From assembly GCA_050298595.1 (NCBI GenBank), contig JBNKUM010000001.1, forward strand, positions 1 to 57,026: a stretch of 57,026 bases of DNA, written 5' to 3'. How positions within the stretch are numbered: position 1 is the first letter of the stretch; every line of letters starts with the position of its first letter. A model generated the notes under the pieces. It made no database searches, was not told where the DNA came from, and saw only the letters and a list, made by a program, of their open reading frames with translations. Made by a program: the position numbers and the translations under genes. Origin of the DNA: Gammaproteobacteria bacterium (lineage in GTDB: Bacteria; Pseudomonadota; Gammaproteobacteria; GCA-001735895). Shown here one piece after another: positions 30,277 through 40,942 of the stretch.

Positions 30277-31656
30277 ATGCCACAAACGCTGGATTTTGAC
30301 CAAAATTTAATTAAAAAGTACGATAAGTCCGGGCCTCGTTATACCTCGTACCCTACTGCGCCGCAGTTTACCTCAAAATACACTGAGGAAACGTTGAAAA
30401 AAAGTATTCAGCGCAGTAATACTGAGATGATTCCCAAAGCGTTATCACTATACGTTCACATTCCTTACTGCGACACCATTTGTTATTACTGTGCCTGTAA
30501 TAAAATTATAACTAAAGATCACTCGGTAACTAAAGGGTACCTGAGTTTACTAGATAAAGAAATGCAGATGCTGTCACCGTTGTTTGATACGGATCGAGAG
30601 CTGGATCAATTACATTTGGGGGGGGGGACACCTACTTTTTTGAGTGATCAGGAGATGATCTCTTTAATGGGATTGATTGAAGATAACTTTAAGGTTTCAG
30701 AGCAGTGTGAGATGTCTATTGAGATTGATCCTCGTAAGGTCACCAATGAATCTATAAAGTTGCTGTTCAATATCGGCTTTAATCGGATCAGTCTGGGGGT
30801 ACAGGATTTTGATACTAAGGTCCAACAGGCTGTAAATAGGGAACAGAGTTATGAAATGGTGAGAGATCGTCTGGTGGTCGCTCGCTCGGTGGGAGTTGAC
30901 TCGATCAATATGGATTTGATCTATGGCTTGCCTTTTCAAACCGTTAAAACCTTTGAGAATACACTGGATAAGGTCATTGAGTTAAGGCCTGATCGCTTGT
31001 CTATTTTTAACTATGCCCACCTGCCAGAACGTTTCAAGCCTCAGCGTCGAATAAATGAGTCAGATTTGCCTTCACCAGCTATGAAACTCGATATATTGCA
31101 GTTGACAGTCGAAAAGCTACAGCAAGCTGGCTACGTCTATATTGGAATGGATCATTTTGCTCTGGAGAGCGATTCTATGGTCAAAGCTCAGAAGGAGGGC
31201 ACCTTGCAACGTAATTTTCAGGGATATTCGACGCATGCTGATACAGATCTTGTGGCTATAGGCGTTAGTTCTATTGGTTCTATCGGCGACAGTTATAGTC
31301 AGAACAGTAGTAATATTGATGACTACACTGCTAGTATTCTAGCGGGCAAGTTACCCATAGTGCGTGGTCTGGTGCTAACTGATGAAGATTTACTGCGTAA
31401 GCAGGTTATCAATCAGCTAATTTGTCATTTTCGACTGGATATTCCACTGGTGGAACAGCAGTGGGGTATCAGTTTCCGGAAATATTTTTCTAAAGAGCTT
31501 GCGCAATTGAAGAAAATGGAACAGGAAGGGTTACTTTCTCTTGATAATAATACGATACAGGTGGAGCCTAAAGGCCGTTTCTTAATCCGCAATATCTGTA
31601 TGGTTTTTGATGCTTACCTTGAAAATAATACGGTTAAATATTCTAAGGTAATCTAG
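30277..31656 (+). CDS. hemN: Oxygen-independent coproporphyrinogen III oxidase
   Basis: GPRYTSYPTA, radical-SAM motif HIPYCDTICYYCAC, GGGTPT, YIGMDHFA and RNFQGYST. Confidence 0.97.
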   Translation: MPQTLDFDQNLIKKYDKSGPRYTSYPTAPQFTSKYTEETLKKSIQRSNTEMIPKALSLYVHIPYCDTICYYCACNKIITKDHSVTKGYLSLLDKEMQMLSPLFDTDRELDQLHLGGGTPTFLSDQEMISLMGLIEDNFKVSEQCEMSIEIDPRKVTNESIKLLFNIGFNRISLGVQDFDTKVQQAVNREQSYEMVRDRLVVARSVGVDSINMDLIYGLPFQTVKTFENTLDKVIELRPDRLSIFNYAHLPERFKPQRRINESDLPSPAMKLDILQLTVEKLQQAGYVYIGMDHFALESDSMVKAQKEGTLQRNFQGYSTHADTDLVAIGVSSIGSIGDSYSQNSSNIDDYTASILAGKLPIVRGLVLTDEDLLRKQVINQLICHFRLDIPLVEQQWGISFRKYFSKELAQLKKMEQEGLLSLDNNTIQVEPKGRFLIRNICMVFDAYLENNTVKYSKVI

Positions 31657-31723
31657 GAGTCTGTCAGGTTATTGGCCAAAATGCCATTCCCTCGCTACGA
31701 TCACCTAAACCCTACAGGCTCCT
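31655..31723. repeat. Small inverted-repeat element overlapping the hemN stop codon (MITE-like, possible bidirectional terminator)
   Basis: AGGAGTCTGTCAGGTT…AACCCTACAGGCTCCT (13/16 complementary), between convergent hemN and fnr. Confidence 0.5.
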
Positions 31724-31756
31724 GGTGGCTGTAATTTTTTTGTCAAAAAAGCGGGT

Positions 31757-32497
31757 CTAAAATGATTCAGACTCTTCGCAGTTGGTTACCATCTGATTTA
31801 GTTTATCCATATCCAGAATGTCGACCTGTTTACGGTTGATTTTTACAACTTCCTGTTCCTGAAAGGATTTAAACAAACGACTAACCGTTTCAACTGCTAT
31901 GCCCAGGTAGCATGCGATGTCATGTCGGGACATAGGGAGCATGAAGCTGTTAGGTGAAAACCCTCGGCGTTTGAATCGAGTTGATATGCTTAACAGAAAG
32001 GTGGCAAGGCGCTCGTGAGCAGTCTGCTGGCCGAGTAAAAGCTGGTGTGAGTGGTCACAGTTAAGTTCATGCCCCATCAGCTTATAAACCTGATGGCGCA
32101 GGTCTGGAAGTACGCTGCACAATTCATCAAGCTTGTTAAAAGGGAGCATGCAATACGAAGTAATGTCCAGGGTTGATGCATAACATCTATGAGAATCATG
32201 TTCCATGCCGTCCAGGCCAAATATTTCGCCCGGTAAATGGAATCCGAGTATTTGTTGTTCTCCGGTTTTTTTGGTTAGATAGGTTTTTACCCCGCCTGAT
32301 CTAACGGCATAAAACCCGTGAAATTCATCTTTGGGCTGATAGATCATGGTGTTGGGTTCCAGTTTTCTGGGTCGCTCAATGTGCTCATCAAGCTGACAAA
32401 TTTCTTCAGTAGATAGTCCCCGAGGCAGGCATAGTTCTGACAGACTGCAGGCTTCGCAGCTCACTTTAAGCTGTTTGGCTAATTGTGCTTGATTCAT
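31757..32497 (-). CDS. fnr: FNR/ANR oxygen-sensing transcription regulator
   Basis: N-terminal CEACSLSELC Fe-S ligands, Crp-type domain and ETVSR recognition helix. Confidence 0.95.
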   Translation of the reverse strand: MNQAQLAKQLKVSCEACSLSELCLPRGLSTEEICQLDEHIERPRKLEPNTMIYQPKDEFHGFYAVRSGGVKTYLTKKTGEQQILGFHLPGEIFGLDGMEHDSHRCYASTLDITSYCMLPFNKLDELCSVLPDLRHQVYKLMGHELNCDHSHQLLLGQQTAHERLATFLLSISTRFKRRGFSPNSFMLPMSRHDIACYLGIAVETVSRLFKSFQEQEVVKINRKQVDILDMDKLNQMVTNCEESESF

Positions 32498-32597
32498 GCT
32501 GTTCGTAATCCTTTGATAGATTCATTTGCTGAGTACAGGGTGCCTATTATGACTAATCTCAGCCTTTAGAGATATATGTCATAAAAAAAATATACAC

Positions 32598-32637
32598 TTG
32601 ACCCAAGTCATTTTCTCAATTGCGACATATTGTCACA
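32598..32637. promoter_or_regulatory. FNR-like box plus RegA/PrrA-like palindrome upstream of ccoN
   Basis: TTGACccaaGTCAT (32598-32611) and TGCGACATATTGTCACA (32621-32637). Confidence 0.55.
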
Positions 32638-32679
32638 CTCGCTGCGCTTTAAATCCAATTTTATATGAGGCCATGTTTT

Positions 32680-34089
32680 ATGGAAACCTACAATTATAAG
32701 GTCGTACGGCAATTCGCCGTTATGACAGTAATCTGGGGAATCGTTGGCATGTTAGTAGGTGTATTAATTGCGGCTCAGCTTATTTGGCCGGAATTGAGTT
32801 TTGATACACCCTGGCTAACATACAGTCGATTGCGGGCACTGCATACCAATGCGGTGATTTTTGCGTTTGGTGGATCTGCGCTGTTTGCTACATCTTATTA
32901 TGTAGTACAACGCACCTGTCATACGCGCCTGTTCAGCGATGGACTAGCGGCTTTTACCTTCTGGGGATGGACGCTAATCATTCTGCTGGCAGCAATTACA
33001 TTGCCGTTAGGTATTACTTCCAGTAAAGAGTATGCCGAGCTGGAATGGCCTATCGATATCCTGATCGCAGTGGTATGGGTAGTATACGCGCTGGTGTTCT
33101 TCGGAACCATTTTAAAACGTAAGGTTAAGCACATTTATGTGGCTAACTGGTTTTATGGGGCGTTTATCCTGACTATCGCAGTTCTGCATATTGTGAATAG
33201 TGCTGAAATGCCAGTATCGTTCACTAAGTCTTATTCTGCCTATCCAGGTGCTATCGATGCCATGGTTCAATGGTGGTACGGGCATAACGCAGTAGGTTTC
33301 TTCCTGACAGCTGGTTTCCTCGGTATGATGTATTACTTCATTCCTAAGGTTTCTCAACGTCCGGTTTTCTCTTATCGCTTATCAGTTGTGCATTTCTGGG
33401 CGTTGATCTCCACTTATATGTGGGCAGGTCCTCACCATCTACACTATACAGCACTGCCTGACTGGGCTCAGTCTCTGGGCATGGTGTTCTCTTTGATTCT
33501 GCTGGCCCCAAGTTGGGGTGGTATGATCAACGGAATCATGACGCTGTCTGGCGCATGGCATAAGCTACGTACTGATCCAATCCTTAAGTTCCTGATCGTT
33601 TCCCTGTCTTTCTACGGTATGTCGACCTTCGAAGGTCCGATGATGTCTATTAAGACGGTTAACGCGCTATCTCACTACACAGACTGGACGGTAGGTCATG
33701 TACACTCTGGCGCTTTAGGCTGGGTTGCTCTGGTAAGTATCGGTTCTATTTATGCACTGATTCCATGGGTATTCAACAAGGACGGTATGTGGAGCACCAA
33801 GCTGGTTGATACTCACTTCTGGATTGCTACCGTAGGTGTTGTGTTATACATCTGTGCCATGTGGATTGCGGGTGTTATGCAAGGTCTGATGTGGCGTGCG
33901 GTTAATGCTGACGGTACTTTAACATACAGCTTTGTTGAATCACTTGAAGCTACCTATCCTTTCTACTTTGTGCGTCTGTTGGGCGGTCTGTTATTCCTTA
34001 CTGGAATGCTGCTGATGGCTTTCAACGTTTTCAAGACTATCGCCGGTTCAGATATTACCGACGTAGAAGTCGCACAGCCTGCACATTAG
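32680..34089 (+). CDS. ccoN: cbb3-type cytochrome c oxidase subunit I
   Basis: [39 protein letters not shown] and GHVHSG motifs. Start placed at ATG 32680 after a GAGG RBS. Confidence 0.97.
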   Translation: METYNYKVVRQFAVMTVIWGIVGMLVGVLIAAQLIWPELSFDTPWLTYSRLRALHTNAVIFAFGGSALFATSYYVVQRTCHTRLFSDGLAAFTFWGWTLIILLAAITLPLGITSSKEYAELEWPIDILIAVVWVVYALVFFGTILKRKVKHIYVANWFYGAFILTIAVLHIVNSAEMPVSFTKSYSAYPGAIDAMVQWWYGHNAVGFFLTAGFLGMMYYFIPKVSQRPVFSYRLSVVHFWALISTYMWAGPHHLHYTALPDWAQSLGMVFSLILLAPSWGGMINGIMTLSGAWHKLRTDPILKFLIVSLSFYGMSTFEGPMMSIKTVNALSHYTDWTVGHVHSGALGWVALVSIGSIYALIPWVFNKDGMWSTKLVDTHFWIATVGVVLYICAMWIAGVMQGLMWRAVNADGTLTYSFVESLEATYPFYFVRLLGGLLFLTGMLLMAFNVFKTIAGSDITDVEVAQPAH

Positions 34090-34099
34090 GAGAATAGCT

Positions 34100-34705
34100 A
34101 TGAGTCATGAAGTAGTAGAAAAGAATGTCGGTCTGATGGCAATCCTGATTGTGATTGTGATCAGCATGGGTGGTCTTGCTGAAATCGTTCCTTTATTTTT
34201 TATCAAGGATACGACCGTGCCGGTTGAGGGGCTTAAGCCTTATACCGCTTTACAGCTGGAAGGTCGCGATATTTATATACGTGAAGCCTGTAATGCATGC
34301 CACTCGCAAATGGTTCGACCTTTCCGTGCTGAGACCGAGCGTTATGGTCATTACTCTGTAGGTGGTGAATTTGTTTATGATCATCCGTTCCTATGGGGTT
34401 CCAAGCGTACGGGTCCGGATCTGCAGCGTGTAGGTGGTCGTTATTCCGATGACTGGCATGTTGCACATTTGACCAACCCACGTGACGTGGTACCTGAATC
34501 AAATATGCCTGCGTTCCCCTGGTTAGCTGAAAATAAGCTAACTGGCGAAATGACGGCAGATAAGATGAAGGCACTGAAGCTTGTGGGTGTTCCTTATACC
34601 GACGCAGATATGAAAGGTGCAGCAGACGCCGTCAAGGGTAAAACCGAGATGCAGGCGCTAGTTGCATACCTGCAGCATCTGGGTACTGCGGTTAGCATTA
34701 GATAA
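34100..34705 (+). CDS. ccoO: cbb3-type cytochrome c oxidase subunit II
   Basis: [20 protein letters not shown] and [10 protein letters not shown] motifs. Confidence 0.97.
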   Translation: MSHEVVEKNVGLMAILIVIVISMGGLAEIVPLFFIKDTTVPVEGLKPYTALQLEGRDIYIREACNACHSQMVRPFRAETERYGHYSVGGEFVYDHPFLWGSKRTGPDLQRVGGRYSDDWHVAHLTNPRDVVPESNMPAFPWLAENKLTGEMTADKMKALKLVGVPYTDADMKGAADAVKGKTEMQALVAYLQHLGTAVSIR

Positions 34706-34715
34706 GGGGGCGGAT

Positions 34716-34880
34716 ATGAGTGCAACAGTACACAGTATCTGGACACTGGTTCTAATGATCACAGTTCTTGGTGTATACGCCTGGGCCTGGAGTTCAAAGA
34801 GAGAAGCTGACTTCGCAGAAGCAGCGAATCTCGCTCTGGACGACAGTTTTACAAATCCAGAAAAGGAAGAATCACAATGA
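34716..34880 (+). CDS. ccoQ: cbb3-type cytochrome c oxidase subunit IV
   Basis: Short TM peptide …WAWSSKREADFAEAANL between ccoO and ccoP; ATG 34716 follows an AAGGGGG RBS. Confidence 0.88.
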   Translation: MSATVHSIWTLVLMITVLGVYAWAWSSKREADFAEAANLALDDSFTNPEKEESQ

Positions 34881-35761
34881 GTAACTTTTTCAACTGGTGG
34901 GTAATCGTAATTGCCCTGGGAAACATTGCAGCCTGCTATTGGCTGATTGTGTGGACCATGAAGAGACGTCCTGAAGAGAGTGCAGAAGGTGAAGCCACCG
35001 GTCACTATTGGGATGGACTACAAGAGTTAAACAGTCCGCTACCAAAATGGTGGTTGTGGATGTTTTATATCACAATGGTCTTTGGCCTGTCCTATCTGGT
35101 GCTCTTTCCAGGTTTGGGTAACTTCCAGGGTTATTTGGGTTGGAGTTCACACGGTCAGTACGATCAGGAAGTGGTGGATGCTGATGGTAAGTATGGTCCG
35201 ATCTTTAAGAAGTTTGCTGCAACGGCTATCCCAGTTTTGGCAAAAGATCCGGTTGCTATGCAGGCTGGTAAAAGGTTATTCGGCAACTACTGCTCACAGT
35301 GTCATGGATCGGATGCCAAGGGTACAAAGGGATTTCCAAACCTGACTGATAATGATTGGCTGTATGGCGGTGCGCCAGAACAGATCAAAACCACTATCAT
35401 GAATGGCCGGAACGGTATAATGCCGACATGGGGTCCTGTTCTGGGTGAGAAGGGTGTTGAGAATGTGGCTAACTATGTTCAGTCTCTAAGCGGGCGTCAG
35501 GTAGATGCTGCCTCAGCTGAAGCAGGTAAAGCTCAATTTCAAACTCTGTGTGTAGCCTGTCATGGTGCTGATGGTAAAGGGAATCAGTCTTTGGGTGCCC
35601 CTAACCTGACTGATAATATCTGGTTACATGGTGGTACCGTTGCTAGCATTAAAAATACTATTACCAATGGTAGGAATAGTACTATGCCGGCACATAAAGT
35701 ATTTCTGGGTAATGATAAAGCCCACTTGTTAGCAGCTTATGTATATAGCTTCTCTAACTAA
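34877..35761 (+). CDS. ccoP: cbb3-type cytochrome c oxidase subunit III
   Basis: TGHYWDGLQELNSPLPKWW and two heme motifs, CSQCH and CVACH. Confidence 0.97.
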   Translation: MSNFFNWWVIVIALGNIAACYWLIVWTMKRRPEESAEGEATGHYWDGLQELNSPLPKWWLWMFYITMVFGLSYLVLFPGLGNFQGYLGWSSHGQYDQEVVDADGKYGPIFKKFAATAIPVLAKDPVAMQAGKRLFGNYCSQCHGSDAKGTKGFPNLTDNDWLYGGAPEQIKTTIMNGRNGIMPTWGPVLGEKGVENVANYVQSLSGRQVDAASAEAGKAQFQTLCVACHGADGKGNQSLGAPNLTDNIWLHGGTVASIKNTITNGRNSTMPAHKVFLGNDKAHLLAAYVYSFSN

Positions 35762-35784
35762 CTAGAAATAAGTTAACTCCCCCC

Positions 35785-35845
35785 GCCGGGAAAGAAGCGA
35801 AGATTTGTCTCCTTGGTAAATCGCTTCTTTTCCCGGCATTTTTTT
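35785..35845 (+). terminator. Rho-independent terminator after ccoP
   Basis: GCCGGGAAAGAAGCGA…TCGCTTCTTTTCCCGGC followed by ATTTTTTT. Confidence 0.8.
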
Positions 35846-36018
35846 GTCTGCTGTTCATAGGATAATAAGGCCTCAACATTTCACCTGTATCATGAGCTCT
35901 GGCATGTTTCTGTCTATTACCTGATTCCACCTTAAATTAGACTAAAAAATTCCAGCTAACTCCGCCCCGGCAAAATAGGTTAGGATATTTATCAACTGAT
36001 ATTAGAGGAGGTTGAAAA

Positions 36019-36993
36019 TTGTTTTTGTCCTTTTGGTATAGATCTAGTTATATAAAACGATTATCAGCCTTGTTGTTGGTGCTTTTTCTCACTGCCTGTA
36101 ATGAGTCTCATCAAAAGGTTGCTCTGGGAACCCTGGAGCGGGACCGTATAGCGCTATCAGCAACCACTAATGAAGTGGTGATAGACCTTCCTGTAGCTCC
36201 TGGGGCTTCGGTTACAAAAGGTACTGTTCTGGTCCGATTAGACGATACATTGCAAAAAGCACAGGTAGATAAGGCCGAAGCAGAGGTTGCACAGGCGCAG
36301 GCTAACCTGGAAAAGCTGCGGCGTGGAGCCAGGCCTGAAGAGGTGGCATCTGCCAGGGCAAAAGTGGTTGGGGCAAAGTCAGCATTAGCTGAAAGCCAGT
36401 CGAATTATGAACGTGTTTTGAGCCTGATCAAGCAAAAGCTGGTCAGTCACACCGAGCTGGACAAGGCACAGGCGGCGCGTGATTCCAATGAAGCCAGTTT
36501 ACAGAGTGCACAGGAAGCCCTGTTGTTGTTAACCAATGGAGCGAGAGAAGAGGATTTGACAGCAGCAGAAGCTGTATTAAATGCCGCAAAAGCAATCCTG
36601 GCGATGGAAAATAAGCGTCTGGCGGATTTGACCATTAGCGCAACCCGAGATGGGATTTTAGATAATCTGCCATGGAATTTGGGAGAGCGTGTCACCACGG
36701 GTAGTCCGCTGGCTATCCTTCTCGCAGGTACGGCGCCGTTTGCCAGAATATATGTCCCTGAACCCAGTCGGGTAACACTACGTGCGGGTGAAACTTTACC
36801 GGTACATGTCGATGGTCTTGATCGGACGATCAATGGGCGCTTACGATGGATTTCTACCGAGCCTGCGTTTACCCCTTACTATGCGCTCAATCAGGAAGAA
36901 CGCGCACGTTTAATGTATCTGGCAGAAGTCCAGTTACCGGATAGTGAAGCCCAATTACCCAATGGTGTGCCGGTTCAAGTCGAGTTGCCATGA
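36019..36993 (+). CDS. HlyD-family membrane fusion protein (lipoprotein)
   Basis: LTAC lipobox, lipoyl-like VTKGTVLVRLD, coiled coil and AFTPY motif; TTG start after GAGGAGG. Confidence 0.88.
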   Translation: MFLSFWYRSSYIKRLSALLLVLFLTACNESHQKVALGTLERDRIALSATTNEVVIDLPVAPGASVTKGTVLVRLDDTLQKAQVDKAEAEVAQAQANLEKLRRGARPEEVASARAKVVGAKSALAESQSNYERVLSLIKQKLVSHTELDKAQAARDSNEASLQSAQEALLLLTNGAREEDLTAAEAVLNAAKAILAMENKRLADLTISATRDGILDNLPWNLGERVTTGSPLAILLAGTAPFARIYVPEPSRVTLRAGETLPVHVDGLDRTINGRLRWISTEPAFTPYYALNQEERARLMYLAEVQLPDSEAQLPNGVPVQVELP

Positions 36994-37916
36994 GTGATTT
37001 TGTTATTAAGGCTACAGCGCTTAGCCGTAATTTTGCCGATGTAAAAGCCATACAACAGCTGGACCTGGAGGTCGAAAAAGGAAGGATTTATGGGTTCCTG
37101 GGCCCTAACGGTTGCGGCAAGACTACCGCTATTCGAATGCTTACCGGGCTTTTAATTCCGAGCTCTGGGGAGGTTGAGGTACTAGGGCATAAATTGCCAG
37201 AAGATGCCGAAGGATTACGCATGCATATTGGTTATATGACACAAAAATTCTCTCTGTATGACGATCTAACCGTCAAAGAGAATCTGCAATTTGTTGCCGA
37301 TATCTATGGCCTTGCAGGGCGGCGGAAAAAACAACGAATCGAACAACTACTCGACTTTTACAACCTGGAAAAAAAGAAGAATCAGCTTGCAGGAAGTATG
37401 AGTGGAGGGCAGCGCCAGAGATTGAGCCTTGCTGCCGCGATACTGCATAAACCAGAACTGTTATTTCTGGACGAGCCAACTTCGGCCGTAGATCCGGAGA
37501 ACCGACGTGATTTCTGGGAAAGACTGTTTGATCTTAGCGAGCAGGGCACCAGCATACTGGTCTCTACACATTACATGGATGAGGCGGAGCGATGCCATAA
37601 GCTGGCTATATTAGAGACTGGAATAAAGCGCGCAGATGGAACACCGGATGAACTGATGCAAAGTATGGGGGCGCAGGTCGTCGAGATCGAATCGTCAAAT
37701 CTGCGTCAACTCAAGCAAAAGTTATTGAGTATTGATGAAGTAATATCGGCAGCTCAGCTAGGTTCAAGACTAAGAGTTCTGGTCAGAGATAGCATTGCTG
37801 ACCCACTTACATTCCTGTCTCAACAGTCCAGTATCAATACAACGGACAGGTTGAATCTAGTCAGGCCCAGTCTGGAGGATGTATTTGTCACCAGTACTGG
37901 GGATGGGCGAAAATGA
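36990..37916 (+). CDS. ABC transporter ATP-binding protein (ABC-2 exporter)
   Basis: GPNGCGKT, MSGGQ, LDEPT and STHYMDEAE motifs. Confidence 0.95.
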   Translation: MSDFVIKATALSRNFADVKAIQQLDLEVEKGRIYGFLGPNGCGKTTAIRMLTGLLIPSSGEVEVLGHKLPEDAEGLRMHIGYMTQKFSLYDDLTVKENLQFVADIYGLAGRRKKQRIEQLLDFYNLEKKKNQLAGSMSGGQRQRLSLAAAILHKPELLFLDEPTSAVDPENRRDFWERLFDLSEQGTSILVSTHYMDEAERCHKLAILETGIKRADGTPDELMQSMGAQVVEIESSNLRQLKQKLLSIDEVISAAQLGSRLRVLVRDSIADPLTFLSQQSSINTTDRLNLVRPSLEDVFVTSTGDGRK

Positions 37917-39058
37917 AATCACTGCTTAGAATTCGCGCCATATTCACCAAGGAGCTGATACAGCTAAGACGCGATAGAATGACCTTCGGCATGATGGTGA
38001 TGATCCCTCTAATACAGCTGATGCTATTTGGGTATGCTATTAATACTAATGTCCGTCATATACCGGTAGGTGTCGTGGACTATAGCAACAGTGGCCTGAG
38101 TCGAATACTTGTTCAGACAGTAGATGCAACTCAGGTGGTTAAATTTACTGCCCACTATAGCGACTTGCCCCAGGCCTATGCAGCCATGGCAAATTCAGAG
38201 ATACGTGCGGTACTGGTGATTCCAAAGGATGTCAGTCAGCGGTTGGCAAGACACCAGACAGTGGGGCTGGGGACTCCAGCCGCAACCAATGGTGAAACCA
38301 GTCGTCCTGTTGCACAGTGGGTGGTTGATGGATCCGACACCATAATAGCATCTGCAATAAAAAGTCTACGGGCTATGCCTCTGGTTGAATTGCTAGGCAA
38401 GCCCGCTAACCGAACTACGCCTACCTTTAGTGTGACTCTATTGTATAACCCAGAGCAGCGCAGTGCGGTGAATATTGTGCCGGGGCTGGTTGCGATTATT
38501 CTCACCATGACCATGATTATGTTCACTTCAGCGGCTATCGTACGTGAAAGGGAGCGCGGTAATATGGAAATGTTGATTACTACGCCTGTACGTTCGGTGG
38601 AACTCATGCTAGGCAAAATTATCCCTTACATCTTTATTGGTGCGGTACAGGTGACGATAATTCTGGGATTGGGGCATTTGCTGTTTAAAGTACCGATTAG
38701 TGGCAGCCTGTTACAGTTAGCAGGGGTAACCTTTCTGTTTATTACCGCTAGCCTGGTGCTAGGGCTGGTGATTTCAACAATCGCCAAAAACCAGTTGCAG
38801 TCGATGCAGATGACGATATTTGTATTACTGCCCTCTATCCTGTTATCAGGGTTTGTGTTTCCTTACGAAGGTATGCCTGTTGTTGCCCAGTATATTGCGG
38901 AAGCCTTACCGGCTACGCATTTTATGAGATTGATTAGAGGTGTTGTGCTACGACAGGCCGATATGCTCGATATGGTGCGCGACGTATACTGGCTGGCAGG
39001 TTTTATAGTGATTGCTCTTATTGTCGCGTCAGTAAGGTTCCACAAAAGGCTGGATTAG
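37913..39058 (+). CDS. ABC-2 type permease (YbhS/YbhR-like)
   Basis: KELIQLRRD, IVRERERGNME.L, LGKIIPY and LLSGFVFP motifs. Confidence 0.92.
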   Translation: MKSLLRIRAIFTKELIQLRRDRMTFGMMVMIPLIQLMLFGYAINTNVRHIPVGVVDYSNSGLSRILVQTVDATQVVKFTAHYSDLPQAYAAMANSEIRAVLVIPKDVSQRLARHQTVGLGTPAATNGETSRPVAQWVVDGSDTIIASAIKSLRAMPLVELLGKPANRTTPTFSVTLLYNPEQRSAVNIVPGLVAIILTMTMIMFTSAAIVRERERGNMEMLITTPVRSVELMLGKIIPYIFIGAVQVTIILGLGHLLFKVPISGSLLQLAGVTFLFITASLVLGLVISTIAKNQLQSMQMTIFVLLPSILLSGFVFPYEGMPVVAQYIAEALPATHFMRLIRGVVLRQADMLDMVRDVYWLAGFIVIALIVASVRFHKRLD

Positions 39059-39169
39059 ATGCTGCCCACTTTAAAAGCTCAAATCAGTCAGGGAAGCTCT
39101 ATAAGCAATGCCACCAGGATAGATTTAACAATTGCTAACAGTTGATGTTTCAGGCAAACCTGAAAGCTG

Positions 39170-39991
39170 TCAGATAAAAAAATCCTGATACTGTTTTGGC
39201 GTGACTGCGACACGTTTTTTGAAATTTCTCTGGAAGTGGCTTTGATCATTGAAGCCAAGTGCGAGGGAGGTGTCTAGTATGCTATTACCGATTTGCAAAA
39301 GCCTTTTGGCTTTTTGGATGCGTTTGTCCAGTAAAAAAGCATGCGGTGATAGACCAAACTGCTGCTTGAAACAGCGCAAAAAATGGTAACGACTTAAGCC
39401 GGCCTGTTCGGCTAAATCATCCAGTGAAAATTGTTGTTCTAACTGCTCACAGATGAGTTCTTTTACCTTGGTCAAACGATGCGTATCATGCGATGGTTTA
39501 TCTGAACGATGTTGAAGTCGATCTGCATGAAAACAGCGCTCGAGAAATTCGATTAACAGTGTTTCAGCTTTTAACACATTAGTTTGATTCATTAACTGTT
39601 TAAATAGCTGGTCAAAGTCTTTGAAATAGGCGGGATCAGTTTCGTAATGATTTATAAATGGTTGAAAATTGGGTAGTTTATGACCCAGCATGTCGCATTG
39701 AAGTTGCCCGATCCATTCGCTGTTAATAAACAGCATTCGGTATGACCATTGACCCTGTTTGGGGTTGCAGGAATGTACTTCGCCAGGATTGATAGTCACG
39801 GTATCACCCGCTTTAATCGTATAACTAATATCATTGTTGATGTAGAGAGATGTGCCAGCATCAATGACTCCGAAGGAGAATTCTTCATGCGAGTGAGGGT
39901 GGTAGCAGGCCGATGAGTTCGACGCCTGACGCATTTCTATAAAGGGCAGTCTTTCGTGCCGTTTTAGTATAACGGTATCATCTACTTTCAT
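39170..39991 (-). CDS. AraC-family transcriptional regulator
   Basis: N-terminal cupin domain (HSHEEF, PGEVHSC) and C-terminal double HTH (GFNDQSHFQRNFK). Confidence 0.93.
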   Translation of the reverse strand: MKVDDTVILKRHERLPFIEMRQASNSSACYHPHSHEEFSFGVIDAGTSLYINNDISYTIKAGDTVTINPGEVHSCNPKQGQWSYRMLFINSEWIGQLQCDMLGHKLPNFQPFINHYETDPAYFKDFDQLFKQLMNQTNVLKAETLLIEFLERCFHADRLQHRSDKPSHDTHRLTKVKELICEQLEQQFSLDDLAEQAGLSRYHFLRCFKQQFGLSPHAFLLDKRIQKAKRLLQIGNSILDTSLALGFNDQSHFQRNFKKRVAVTPKQYQDFFI

Positions 39992-40015
39992 ATATTCTCG
40001 AACTACAGCTGATTT

Positions 40016-40630
40016 TCAAATAAACATTAATAATACGCTGCCGGTTAACAGTGTAGCCATTAGTATATTAAACCCTATCTGCCGATTGCGCCCGTATAAA
40101 TAGCGACTAATGACCTGACCGCTAGCCGCCCAGATCGAAACACCGCTAAGACAGGCAATAAAAGAAATGCAGCAGAAAGCTATCAGGTATAAGGAAACAG
40201 GAGCATTTGCATACACAAACAAGCCTACACCAGACATGGATACCAGCCATGCCTTGGGGTTGAGTGCCTGCACTAGCCCGCCCTGTAAAAAAGAAGGTGG
40301 CAGCATCTGATCGCTGGTCTGGTGATTATCCAGCCCTGAAGAGGTGGCGATTCTGTAGGCCATATACAATAGAAATCCTGCGCCCAGATATTTCATGCCG
40401 GTAGCGATCTCAGGTATTGCAATCAACAGGCTACCCATGCCTAATCCCATCAGGAAAACGATCAGGGTATAGGCAACAGTGGCCCCCAATACATGAGCAA
40501 AAGCCCTGCGAAATCCAAAGTTAGCACCAGCGCTGGTCGCAATAATATTCACCGGGCCGGGTGTAACAGCACCGATGAAAGTAAAAATCGTCATCGAAAT
40601 AAAAACGCTTAACATTTGAAAATCCCACAA
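40016..40630 (-). CDS. LysE-family amino acid exporter
   Basis: TPGPVN, GAGFLLYMAYRI and QALNPKAW motifs. Confidence 0.92.
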   Translation of the reverse strand: MWDFQMLSVFISMTIFTFIGAVTPGPVNIIATSAGANFGFRRAFAHVLGATVAYTLIVFLMGLGMGSLLIAIPEIATGMKYLGAGFLLYMAYRIATSSGLDNHQTSDQMLPPSFLQGGLVQALNPKAWLVSMSGVGLFVYANAPVSLYLIAFCCISFIACLSGVSIWAASGQVISRYLYGRNRQIGFNILMATLLTGSVLLMFI

Positions 40631-40705
40631 AAAGAGACTGCAACTTTAAAGCGGGCTGCTTAGTCGATATAGAACGAAATTGCTATATGATTTAGGTATC
40701 TTGAT

Positions 40706-40788
40706 TAGGGCTTTAACAGAACCTCTGTTTCATTTGCCCATAGGCTGATCAATTCTATCTGAGTTGTTATCATCTTCTATTAGCCCTA
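40706..40788. repeat. Degenerate inverted-repeat element (MITE-like remnant)
   Basis: TAGGGCTTTAACAGAA…TTCTATTAGCCCTA form imperfect terminal inverted repeats. Confidence 0.3.
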
Positions 40789-40942
40789 TGCTTCTTGGTT
40801 ATAGCGCTAACGAATAGTATGTTGGAAAAGGAGGAACGAAACCTTCCCCCATTGATCGGTCTTTGAGTTTGGCGGGGTTCTGGTGCCGTGGTTGCTCTCG
40901 ATAGTCGGAATGGTTTGAATCCTCTTTGCGAGGTTTTTTATT

